A DNA stretch of 62,813 bases, counting the filler, from Choristocarpus tenellus KU-1152 (Eukaryota > Protista > Phaeophyceae): the NCBI GenBank assembly GCA_964200185.2. It is 11 parts of 11 records of this genome, joined end to end, with 100 filler letters (N's around TTAATTAATTAA, not from the genome) between each part and the next. Parts side by side here need not be neighbours in the genome. Positions count along the whole stretch, not along the records: positions 19,703 to 26,446 come from CAXNAD020007451.1; positions 26,547 to 29,799 come from CAXNAD020021245.1; positions 29,900 to 35,789 come from CAXNAD020009496.1; positions 35,890 to 40,480 come from CAXNAD020013880.1; positions 40,581 to 50,233 come from CAXNAD020003502.1; 6 more parts are not named here. One strand, 5' to 3'. A program made the position numbers and the translations under genes. This document shows positions 24,941 to 44,087 of the stretch, in pieces; position 1 is the first letter of the stretch, and each line of letters begins with the position of its first letter. Below the pieces are notes generated by a model. That model was not told where the DNA came from, did not search any database, and worked only from the letters and a program-made list of their open reading frames with translations.

Positions 24941-25194
24941 CTGCACAGGTGAGCAGCAGCACGTGTACCACAAGGAAAATTCCCACGCCATTGGTGCAAA
25001 GGTAGGTCAAGTCAACCTATCAGAGAGGAGAAAGGGACCATAAAGCCCGGTAGGTCCATTGCGGGTACAATTCTTTGTTTAGGAAGATGCACTAATGATA
25101 CGATCACTGCTCTTTTGAACTGGGTGATAAGCATGAAAGTAGTCAAGTCTCTCTCTCTCTCTCTCCACTGTCCCATGAAAAATAAAAATGCGCG

Positions 25195-25385
25195 AAATTT
25201 AACCTTTTTTCTGATTGGCTGAGTTCTACACGAGACAAGTGTAAACCTTTCTGATTGGTCAAGTTGCACCCGAGACAAGAATTAACCCTTTTGATTGGTC
25301 AAGCAGCACGCAAGATAAGTACTCTTACCCATTTTGATTGGTCAAAAAGTGGGACCTGCGAACAGTGCCGATTGGTCAGGTTCCA
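25195..25385. repeat. About 40-bp tandem repeat carrying inverted CCAAT boxes
   Basis: GATTGG at 25213, 25253, 25293, 25336 and 25370, with CGAGACAAG-like motifs between. Confidence 0.75.
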
Positions 25386-25539
25386 CCATGCCACAATCAA
25401 TTCATTCACCATCCTGCTCATATCAAGAAGCAATGTATAAATAATACATACCAACAAATTCATCTTTTGCCACTCAATATAAAAAAAATGTTACCTTGGT
25501 ACAACTATATTAAAATAATTAAAATCATGCACATCCTTC

Positions 25540-25700
25540 ACACAGTACTATATAAATAGTACTATATAAACATTACTACATAAATAGTACTGCATAAATA
25601 GTACTACATAAATTGTACCACATAAACAGTACTAAATAAATAGTACTATATAAACTACTACACAAATTGTAGCATGTGAATAGTACTATATAAACAGTAT
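25540..25700. repeat. About 14-bp minisatellite
   Basis: Degenerate (TACTATATAAATAG)n. Confidence 0.85.
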
Positions 25701-28700
25701 GGTCTGGAATGTGATCAGATTGAAGCATCCTCGCTGAGCAAAAGACATCCATCTCAGAAAAGACTGCATTCACCACTACTACTTCTACACCCATCCTTAC
25801 CAGTATGTACACACACTCACGAGCAGAGAGGCCAACAGCCCTAAGTATACCCACCACACATACCCACTACAGAGGAACGCCTTCAATCTCTCATCAAAAA
25901 ACCACTATCAGTGGAACCTTTAACACGCGGCACTCTTTATCAACACCTACAAGCCACAGCACACCCAACTGCCTCAACAGTAAAATACTTAACAGTAAAA
26001 TCGGTAAAAGGCACTTCACAGATACCACACTACAATTCGAATACTACACCTGACTAGCATTCCATCACATTTTTTTTTTTTAAACGTATCACCTCTGTCA
26101 CTACTCCTGAATGCGGTCCTCTCCAGCTTGGCTCAAGTCATCCACCACTACACACACACACACACACACACACACCGGCTTTTTCTTACGCACCTCGGGG
26201 TCATGCTTCCTAATACTTCAGAGGCGCGTTAGAACACCATCCACGCCTTTTGTTAAACAAAACCGTACCGGAGAGACTCCGGTACAGCAACAAGCACGTC
26301 CAAATGCATCAAAACAAATGAACGAACCTACCTTCACATGAAAACGTCCAAATTCATCAATAACGTTTGTTTTTTCAAAAACATCAAAGCATCATTGGGG
26401 GGTACGACGCACACACCCCATTCACACTCTACACCCCCCCCCCACCNNNNNNNNNNNNNNNNNNNNNNNNNNNNNNNNNNNNNNNNNNNNTTAATTAATT
26501 AANNNNNNNNNNNNNNNNNNNNNNNNNNNNNNNNNNNNNNNNNNNNCATCCTCGTGTCGGGGTTACAGCGAGAAGGTCATGCGTCTGACCCACACCACAC
26601 CACCTGCGTTGTCCTCAATGCCAAAAAGATGGTGAGCGCAAATGGATATGACTGCGTGGATTATCCTCATCATTGTGGGGAGATCACAAAAAAGGAGACA
26701 CGTTCGTGACAGCTACTAATATATTATAGTGGTACATACATGTCTGTGAAACAAATAGATGGGGAGGGGGAAGACCCATAGGAGGAAGGGAATGGATAGA
26801 GGCAACACAGGAGGGTGAGCAATTCCTCACAAGGTCACTCAGGGAAAGAGTCAACAGTAAAATAGTGAAAGAGGGGGGTTTGTAAGCTCCACTCAAACCA
26901 CCCAGTAATTACTTCAAGAAGCAAATAAATGCTGATGTCATCAGGAAATTGTGAGGGGTATGCTCTGAAGGAAGAGTACCGTAAAGGTATACCTTGGTTG
27001 GAAGGTAACTATCAGATGTACATGTACAATCATTATATTAAAATATAGGTATGTAGGGCGATGCCATACAGTTGGGCTTGTTACTTACCATACTTTGTGA
27101 TGTATTGCGCCTTCTTGGCTTTCTACACCTTGAACTGTACCCCATCGTGCAAACAAGGTTGATGTTGTGAAGCATTTCAGTGCTACCATGAAACTGGGGG
27201 GTGTCATGGACAATGTAAGACTTGACCTTGCACAATATCATCCACAATGATGTTCAAACCTTTCTTACTTGTGGACTATACACATGTAGTTGGTTTTCCA
27301 GTAGTGGAACTTTCCTAGATGGTATGGCTCGAAATGACTGTTTTCGTTGTTGGGAGAAGTAATGAGGGAAGTCGCATCTCGACAGAGCCAACAGCCCAAA
27401 CCTTATCTCATGCGATGGTTGTCTAGGAACAAGGACCATTGACGGTTGAACAGCGGAGGGCGTCCTTGTGGGCGCAGTATCAGCAACTCCTGACCAGCAG
27501 GTATGCAACGACAAAATTCGTACTGGAGAGCAAGCCTGGGTAAAATCGTGGGTTTGAGGGTAGTCTTGATACCCGACTGTTGCAGAGGAGTGTGAAACTT
27601 AAGGAAATCTAGAGTGCCTTTCAACTTCCCCAAAATGCCTCTAGCAAATATTCCTTGGATGATTTACTGCTCCAAGTGCAAGGCTACATCTCAAAATCAA
27701 CCTTCGATTCCGTAATCCAGTTCGAATTTATGAATGGGGTACAGGGCAGCACTCCCTGATACTGCAGCGTTGTTTTGACTTATAGTGAAATGAGGTTGAT
27801 GAGAAAGCCTTCTGGTAATATAGCGCTTTTCCTCGAAAATTAATTCTCAAAGCATGTAAGCGCGACCACACATTGACAAATGAACAGAGGCGTATCTTCT
27901 TGCACACAGAAAGGCTGGCGAATATTTTATGACGCATAGGGGTAGACATCAGCACTTCGAAGGATCAAGTTCCTGTGCGCATGAAATGTGCTCTACTTTC
28001 TGATAGTTCGGATGGGTTGTAAATGCAACACTATATCGATACGCTGTCGAGAATTGTAAAATTTCCCTCAGCAAGTAGAAATGGTGACTTGAATGTCGTG
28101 TCTGTCGTACCCCTCAGTATATATTAGGAGAATAGAAAGTGCAGCCGACAGAGCCAGGTTCAAAGAGGACAATTTAGTTGAATGTCTTTGCGTGGGGTAG
28201 TTTCCATACCAACTCTGCTGTGTGGATTGATTAATTGAAGTGCTTTTTGAACAACTGATCAACATGATGTCCACGTTTCTCTGTGTGCTAAATCGTACAA
28301 GACATACCTCAAACAATGTCTTTCTAAATGTACAGACTGCACATATATACCACCCACAACTTCTATATACTCCACACCTTCTACCCCCTTCATCAAGCAA
28401 CATCAAAGCCAAAATAAAACAACCATCACAGGCTAAGAAATAGATCCATACTGTGTAGTAAAAATGAGGCTGTTTTAGAATGCTCCATTTTCGAGTTGTC
28501 ATTCATCTGTGTATCCATAGCCCCCAGTCCCCCTCCCCATTTCACCGATCCATATCTCCAACTGCCCACACGCAACACACTATACCCAAATATCCCTTGG
28601 TAGGGTACAGGACTGGCCGCAGAGCCTGCCACAGAAATCGAGGATGTTACATTTTAGGGAATATTGTATTGTAAGAGTGGAAGACGAATAAGGAGGTACC

Positions 28701-28874
28701 ACTTTGCCTCTGCCTCCAAACCAATGCACACACACACACACACACTCACACACACCTCTGTGCAACCTCCTGTTTACATACACAGTTTTTTTTAATACAC
28801 CATAGAGTTAGGGTTAGGCGCATTATGCAAAGAGTTGCACCTAATGTAGCCCATTTTGACAATATATATATATA

Positions 28875-28919
28875 TAGGGTTAGGGTTAGGGTTAGGGTTA
28901 GGGTTAGGGTTAGGGTTAG
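28875..28919 (+). repeat. Interstitial telomeric repeat (TTAGGG) x about 7
   Basis: Perfect array following a (TA)n tract, internal to a contig. Confidence 0.95.
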
Positions 28920-29442
28920 ATGGTGGCTGGGTAATTGATAGTAGTGTTTCTGTTGGATTCCAAGGGAGTCTGCAGAGTTGGTAGCGGTACGAGGATCGGA
29001 ACTGAGTTCTGAGGACTCTTTCTGTGCTGTTATTTTCTTGGTCTGGGGGTGTAGGAGCTACAATTTTAGTTTTTTTTGTTCAGGGGTGTATGTATATATA
29101 GAGATAAGGTATGTTTTTTGTTGTTGCGTAGAGCATCACCTTACGCATTAACTTGCATTTGATTGGTTGATTTGAACAAGGGGGTTGCTAACCCGACTCA
29201 GAGAAAACAAATAATTTTGTTGATTGAATGGGGGACATGCAGGGCATTTTATTCTGTTGATTTTTACTTTTTTCTGTTTTTTCTGTTTTCTTCTGTTTTC
29301 TTCTCGTGCCTACCGTATCTTTTCATAGTCATTTTTACATTGGTTAGACTGGCTCTATTGCAGCAGGAAGCTCGTTTGTGGGCACCGAGGTGAAATACCA
29401 AGACACAAAATTTATTTTAGTGATCAATGAGATTGATACATG

Positions 29443-29473
<31 letters not shown>

Positions 29474-30375
29474 ATAAAAACTATATATATATATAACTGT
29501 TGTGCACTTTCTCATGGTTGAATGAATTTATATTCAAGGTAGATACATGTCATCCGTCCGGTGGTTGACTTTCCCCCAGTCTAATCTAAGCTTCATTAAC
29601 CTTTATTATTCCTTTTATAAACCCTCTTGTCCCTGTGGATAACGATATTTCATGGATATACATGAATTCACAAATATAAATATATATACATACATATCGT
29701 GATGATTCAAGAAAAACACTTTCCCTCCACTACATCAGTCTTGCGACCAACCTGCGCCCCCAACCCCCGCCCGCCCCCAGCCACCCCAACGCCCACACCN
29801 NNNNNNNNNNNNNNNNNNNNNNNNNNNNNNNNNNNNNNNNNNNTTAATTAATTAANNNNNNNNNNNNNNNNNNNNNNNNNNNNNNNNNNNNNNNNNNNNC
29901 ATGTTGCCTGTTTGGCGTGGATCTGTGAGTCCTGAGAGTAGTGTGGAGATAGTTAATGTTTTCTTCTCTTTTCCCTTTGCTTCCCCCCCCCCCCCCTCCC
30001 CCCGCCCCCGCCCCTTCCTTTGCTGCCTCGACTCTTTTGTAACTAGTTTAGTATGTAGTCAGTAGCAAGAGTCGGTGTTTGATGGGACGAGACTAGCACT
30101 TGTTTTTCAAAAAATAAAAATTTGAAGTGTGGTTGTTGTTGGAGATGCTGGAGATACGATGGTAGGGATGCTGATCTTTTTTTGCCTGGTAGTGGTACTG
30201 TATGTATGTATGTATGTATGTATTATTATTATGTATTATTATGTACGTATACATTATCTTTTTTGGAGAAATGGCTCTCTATGTCGCGTTATTCATTTAT
30301 GATACTAATAAGATAAGTATCTATCTATATCTGAGACTGCACCCTGCATCTATCTCTGTCTTGAATCTTGTGTGA

Positions 30376-33898
<3,523 letters not shown>

Positions 33899-35890
33899 TT
33901 GAAAGCAAGTGTGGTGTTAGCCCTACTGGGGAAGTTGGTTAGGGGGTGGAAGACAACCAAGAGGATATTTAGCGTTTCGAAGGGTAGGCTACTCTTCCAT
34001 AGTAGAAAGATGGGTATGGATAAATGGAAACATCCACCTAGGAGGAGATGGTGTGAACTGAATGTATTGCTGGGTTGGTCAAGCCCATGAAGGCAGGAGG
34101 CTTTGATGTTGCTGGGTGCATGAAGGGGGAATGGGAGGGGGGTAGGTTGGCTCCACTGGCCATGGCAAAGAAGTGTCAGCTGGGCATTAAATGTAGGAGC
34201 TCACTGACCAAATTGCAATATTTCACAGCATAAGGTTACAGGAGGGCATGAAGTTTTGTTTTTTCACAAGTTTCACTTATGAGAAAGGTTTAAGTCAAAA
34301 GTCTGTTAAGCAGTAAAGGGGCAAAATAATAAAAGCGTCTGTTGAGACATGGGATTTATGCGGCCATCACATTTTTGTTGTGGAGGGAGAGGGTAGAATA
34401 GTAGGCAGCTTCTCCTGTGCCGGGTTGTTGTGTAGTATCTGGGGGGATTTACGTTGTTGGTGTTGATGTGAGCACGTGCAATGGGTTTTGGGTTATCGAG
34501 GGGTGCTTGTACTAGTTAGTACTTGTGCGTCAAACAGCAACTGGGGCTTATTTTGTGTTCGGTATATGTCATTGGGCTCATGTAACATTGGGCCTCCTTT
34601 CAAGGATGTGAAGACGTGGCAGCATTAGCTAAGTGTGCAGCCTAATTCGATACAACGTAGAGTTGTGGAAGTACTCCATAAGTGTTGTGCACTAATCTGG
34701 ACAACATGAACAAGTTAAAGCATTATTCTACAAGGGCATCACATTATTCTCTTGTGGATGGTTCTCTCATGTGCTGATTGATGTATTATGTACGGTGTAT
34801 CTGTTTTGTGCATATAGAATGCACTACCATTGCTGTTGCGTAATTGCCTGAATATCAATTTAAACGTTTCATCAGTTCATGTATTCCCACGACAATAACA
34901 GATGAGTTTGTTAGATAGTTTGAGATACCAAACAAAGGGCAGACACAGAACTCCAGAACTGGCACCTGTAGACTGCCGTTGTGAAGAGGCCAAACTCCCT
35001 TGTTGATCTCAGACTGCTCTTGGCTGGTACGCATTCATGTTACGGCGCTGCCCATACACTGCTTGACTGTATAGGTGTTGATAACATGACATATCCGTAT
35101 TATTGCTCTCTGTTCTATGATAAGTGCCATCACTATAAATATGCCAAGACCTTGCTGTTCTTGTTGAAATAAAATGTGTGTGTTTATCATCAATTAGTGG
35201 CACTTATTGACAGAAATTCATGGGTTGATAATGGTATGGAAGGTTTAAAGTGAAGACAAACTCCAACACCTAATATACCAGCGACATAGCAATCGACATG
35301 TTTGAGTGGAGAGTAGAAAAAAAAGAGTTCAGTGTACCATTTTTTCCTGTCTCAGTGCCTGGCAATCTCTTGAAGGAAGTGAGGACAAAATCCATGGTGA
35401 AACTCTTACTACTAACAAAAGATTCTACCCACCCGATCAAATATGAGACTTTTTTGACACATACATCAACACATACATACCAGTACGTTTCATTCTCCAT
35501 ATTGTACCGTTTCCACAGTAGCATACATCATTGGATGTATTTTAGGGGACTTTTTTGAAGAGCACATAGAAACAGCCGATTCATCAAAATTGAGGATACA
35601 GCTTTTTATTGAGGATGAGCGAGACGCGGATTGGTGTGCGGAAAGTGCACATTTTTTGTTTGTTTGTAAATGTTGTGGCACTTTTGGAGGGCCCCGCTAC
35701 GAAAGGGAATCAATCCCGACGTAGGTGGTAGTAGGACAGTGTGTGGGGGCTGGCAACGATTTCGTTTGATCGCCGTGTACATGTATGCCNNNNNNNNNNN
35801 NNNNNNNNNNNNNNNNNNNNNNNNNNNNNNNNNTTAATTAATTAANNNNNNNNNNNNNNNNNNNNNNNNNNNNNNNNNNNNNNNNNNNNG

Positions 35891-40053
<4,163 letters not shown>

Positions 40054-40441
40054 TGAAGGAGCAAAGTGACTGAACCCCTTGAAGTATGAGGGTGCTAGAC
40101 TATGTAGTTGTATTGCTTGTGGTTTGTTGTGTCTTGTGTATGCATGAGGTTGTTTGTACTTGTGTGGAGAGATTTGATTTGTATCTTCAGAATAGGTGGG
40201 GTATTGATTTTGATTTTCAGAGTACAGTGGTGACCACCCTCGGTTGCTTGCTCTGATTTTTGTGTCATTTTGGATCTGCGGGTTTTATGAAATTGTGGAA
40301 CTCTTGTAATATGACCATTAACTGATGTGGTGTAATGGAAGTGCAGTGGTGGTCTTCTGGTAAGGTCTGCTTGGAATGGTCCTGATCATGATGTCATACT
40401 AGAAGCTTCTTGAAGTTTTTTTTTTGTCCTACTGCTCTCTC

Positions 40442-40480
<39 letters not shown>

Positions 40481-40580
40481 NNNNNNNNNNNNNNNNNNNN
40501 NNNNNNNNNNNNNNNNNNNNNNNNTTAATTAATTAANNNNNNNNNNNNNNNNNNNNNNNNNNNNNNNNNNNNNNNNNNNN

Positions 40581-40735
40581 AGCATGACCACCAGAGATAA
40601 TCTCCATGTTGTCCAAGTATCCACTTGTCATGCTGGTGCTCCAGTCCAGTTGGGCAACTTCTTCATGTCGTTGAGGCCCATCACCTGCTCCTTTTCTCCA
40701 TACTACTGAGGCCCATAACCTTTGTCATAACCTGT
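40581..40735 (-). mobile_element. Ty1/copia primer-binding site and gag start remnant
   Basis: Minus strand ACA-GGTTATGACAAA-GGTTATGGGCCTCAG (copia half-tRNAiMet type PBS), followed by MKKLPNWTG...WTTWR. Confidence 0.6.
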
Positions 40736-41514
40736 GCAATTTGCCTTGGGAGGTAATGCTATTTATCAGTAGTGAAGACAAGAAGGTGTGAGGCCCCACA
40801 CGGTTGCCCATTGCTGAACGTGATTACATGGTTGAAATTAGAAGAGTGAACTTTGTGGGGTGTCTTCTCATTGCTTGTTTATTATTATTTGTGCTTCCTA
40901 TCTAAGTCAACGGTTATGTCAAAGTAGTTGAATGCAGAATAATAACAACCAATACGTAATCCCATTCATAATCTGGAGTACTATCTCATTAGTTATATCT
41001 CTCATCCACAAATTAAGGTACACCTCACTATTGTCTTATTTTGCGTAAGTATTAGCATGAATCCTCTGTGGGTTATGCCTTTCTGATCTTGCAGACTCAT
41101 TGTAGCACCTACTCCAGGATGAAACCCAACTACCTGAGTTCATCCTCTTTGGTGCACTCTGTAAACACAGATTGCTGCTGTTTGTCCCACTTGACTTACT
41201 AGGATGTGGCATTTTTCTCTGTCTCTTGGGACCGGTTGATTGAAGTCCTGAATGACTGCCTTGTAGTACATGGGTTTTGAGCATTGTGGAGGGGGCTTTG
41301 TTCGACTAACAGTGCATTCACAGCCTTTGTATTCATAGTCTTCTTTGCTACAGTCACACTCTCTGAAAGGGGGTTAGCTGCATTTCAAACATGGGTATGG
41401 TGTATATTGTGTAAGGTTCAAAGAGGTCTTGAAACTCAAAAAGGACTATAATCAGCGCCTCTCTTGGCTGGTTTCACTCTCTGCTGTGTACAATATTTTG
41501 ATATTTGAGAGCAG

Positions 41515-41685
41515 ATTGCTGGTGGTGGAAGAGGGGCTTCTTGCAAGAGCAAGTGTGGGAAGAAATCCTCATCAAAGGGGCGGAAGGGGAAGGGTGGCAG
41601 GAAACAAGACAAGGAGGAGGGACCAGGGGTGAGTAGGAGTAGGAGTTCATCAAGCGACAATTTCCACACATGTGCAACACAAAAC

Positions 41686-41730
<45 letters not shown>

Positions 41731-43371
41731 TAATGTCTCGATTATGTCTCATGTCCTTACTTACAACTTGCAATGGGTGAGACACTGCAGGGATTTAGAG
41801 AGTACCTGCAATTTATGGAGTTGTGAAACCTCACCAAGCACAACCAACCGCATCCGATTGGTCACCATGAACTCATGACCATTTTTTTAAATACTGAACC
41901 ATTCTTTTTATTTTACAGGCAATCTGTGCGCAAATACCTCTGCAAGTTCTTGTTTGTATTGTGTGTGGGATAAAAGAAGTGTACAATCTTGACCTCAAGA
42001 GTTTTCGCCCCTGGTAGGGTTACTGACCAGTCAGGGGGTCTGTTTTTTTCACAGCTACACCACTTGTTGACTGCAAGCAGATATATTTGTAAGTTGCCAA
42101 TCCTCCCTTGATTCACAAGGCTAGCAATTTCTCAATCCTGACCCTCCGTTGCTTACCGATGCAAGTAGTCTGTGTGATTTTGCTCCTCATTTCCTCTTAA
42201 GAAGATGGCTATAGTGTTGATATACAAGTTTTGTGATTGCATTGACTCATTTTTTATTCTGTGATGTTGGCTCAGGATCTATTTTTAGGGTTAGGGTTGA
42301 ATATTTGGGGTATTTGTCGTTGGTGGTGCAGCACTCCAGATAGGGAGAAATCTGAAAAGGACTTCCAAGATTGATGAGTTATGTCCATCGCAGAGCAGTT
42401 TAGGGTCATATCGCACCTTTTGCAACAGATCTTGGTACTTGACCTATTTTATCAGTGCAACGAAACCATTTGTTGCGGGTTTTGTTTTCCAAGTGGTGCC
42501 AGTTTGTGCTTGAGAGCCTGTGCTTAGGGAAGTCGATTGTTGGAAAGGCAGAAAGTGTATCAATGCCTCTGAATTTTGTTTCAGTGCTGTGGTGTAGAGC
42601 CTGTACATAGGCACTAGGGTAGGGGTAACTTATCGGAGTGCAAACGGTACTTGGAGGGATTTGACTCAATTGGAACATGTGATTAGAACATGTGAGCTAT
42701 TTTTGTGTGGTTTGGTCGTGAGAGGCGCCTATTGCAAACGAACACAGCACTTCCCAACCATACTCCTTATGTTTTCTACTTTTCAATTATGGTGTGGTAT
42801 AACAAAATGGTATGCTTTAGTAGTAGGGACACTATAGCAGAACAGAGGCTAGAAGAGGTTGTGGGCGTTGATATTTAAGTTGTACCTCAAATTACACTGT
42901 ATTGGTGCGGTGGACCCAGTTGTCCTCAGTCAATTGATGGGGCATTTTACTTTGTCCGGTGCCCAGGAAGTCAATTGATGGGAGGGCAATATCTTTTTTT
43001 TTTCATTTTTCCTGCAGTTTTTTCATCTGAATGCTATCAAGGATGTCTGACAAGGAGCACACTCCTCATCATGCCAAGATGCAACTATACTATACCTTCA
43101 TTGAGTCCTATTTCTCTTTGTCTTTCTCACTGACCAACCTATACAAAATGAAGCAAGTCATGACCTCTCACCTGTGGTGCTGAATTTTTGTTACTGATCA
43201 TTGCAACTACAGCTTCCAGGGATGGAGGAGGTGCAATTATGCATTGTGAAATGGAGGCCAGAACTTGAAGACCATGTAGAGCTGGTGTCTGCTCTGGCGG
43301 AAGAGATCCTCTCGGCTGTGAGAGATGTGTGGGTGGTGGCATTGAGGAACGCCCGAGGAGAAATGTCTAAA
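41515..43371 (+). CDS. Two in-phase orphan exons, possibly E3 UFM1-protein ligase (UFL1)-like
   Basis: Exons 41515-41628 (CAG/GTGAGT; Gly/Lys-rich) and 43213-43371 (CAG/GTAAGT; LPGMEEVQLCIVKWRPELEDHVELVSALAEEILSAVRDVW...), both phase 0. The product call is from remembered resemblance only. Confidence 0.45.
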
Positions 43372-43860
43372 GTAAGTCCTCTCCTCCAACAGCAGAGAGG
43401 GTGCAAGATATAATAGGATAATATACGGGAGGATGTTGAGAAGAGATGGACTTAGTGAAAGCCTGGAGTGGAATATTGACATTAGCTGAGTGCAGGACTA
43501 GGGGTTAGAGTGCATGGGAAGTACAGCAGTAACTGTTTTTGTCTGAGTTGTCAGATTTGGTCTTTTTGTGATAAGGTGGAGGGAAAGTAAGTGACCATAG
43601 CCCACTGCAATGAAAGCTTAGGCCAGGCCTGCCCTAAGCAAGACTTTTTTTGGTGGATTATAGATTGTGGAATGTAGAGATAAGGACAGCAATGTGAAAA
43701 GGAGGTCTCTGATTGAATTGCGATATAAACAGGTCATCATAGGTCATCAGTCCATGCCTTGGAAAAGTACATGGGTGACTCTTGAGTAGTCCATCCAGGA
43801 GGGTGCAAATTTATACATGGATTTTATGAGGGCATCCAGTACACTTGAGTCGAAGTAAGG

Positions 43861-44087
43861 GAGAGGTACCCAGATTTGCATTTTTAGGATGCTGGCAAAT
43901 ATGAGCAAAAATTGACTATTTTTACAAATGTGTATAGGATGTTTTCCGAATTGTGTCAAAAAATTTCAAACAGTAGAAGAATCAACCCTCTCAAAACTTG
44001 GTACTTCATCTATAGAAGCATAGGTGAATTGAGTAAGATTGAAAAACCAGCTTATAATGAAAAACGGCCAACAACTGGGTACCTCTC
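43861..44087. mobile_element. MITE family E (227 bp, TIR GAGAGGTACCCAG)
   Basis: 13-bp perfect inverted termini; inverted homolog at about 50024-50203; no clear TSD. Confidence 0.7.

Noticed and set aside
26600-28500. Several minus-strand ORFs suggesting a decayed gene
   Set aside because: No motif or consistent frame could be established.
28875-28919. Chromosome end
   Set aside because: Only about 7 units, with ordinary sequence on both sides within a contig.
34960-35620. Small divergent spliced gene between CDC48 and SRP54
   Set aside because: Splice-like sites are present but no combination yields a convincing ORF.
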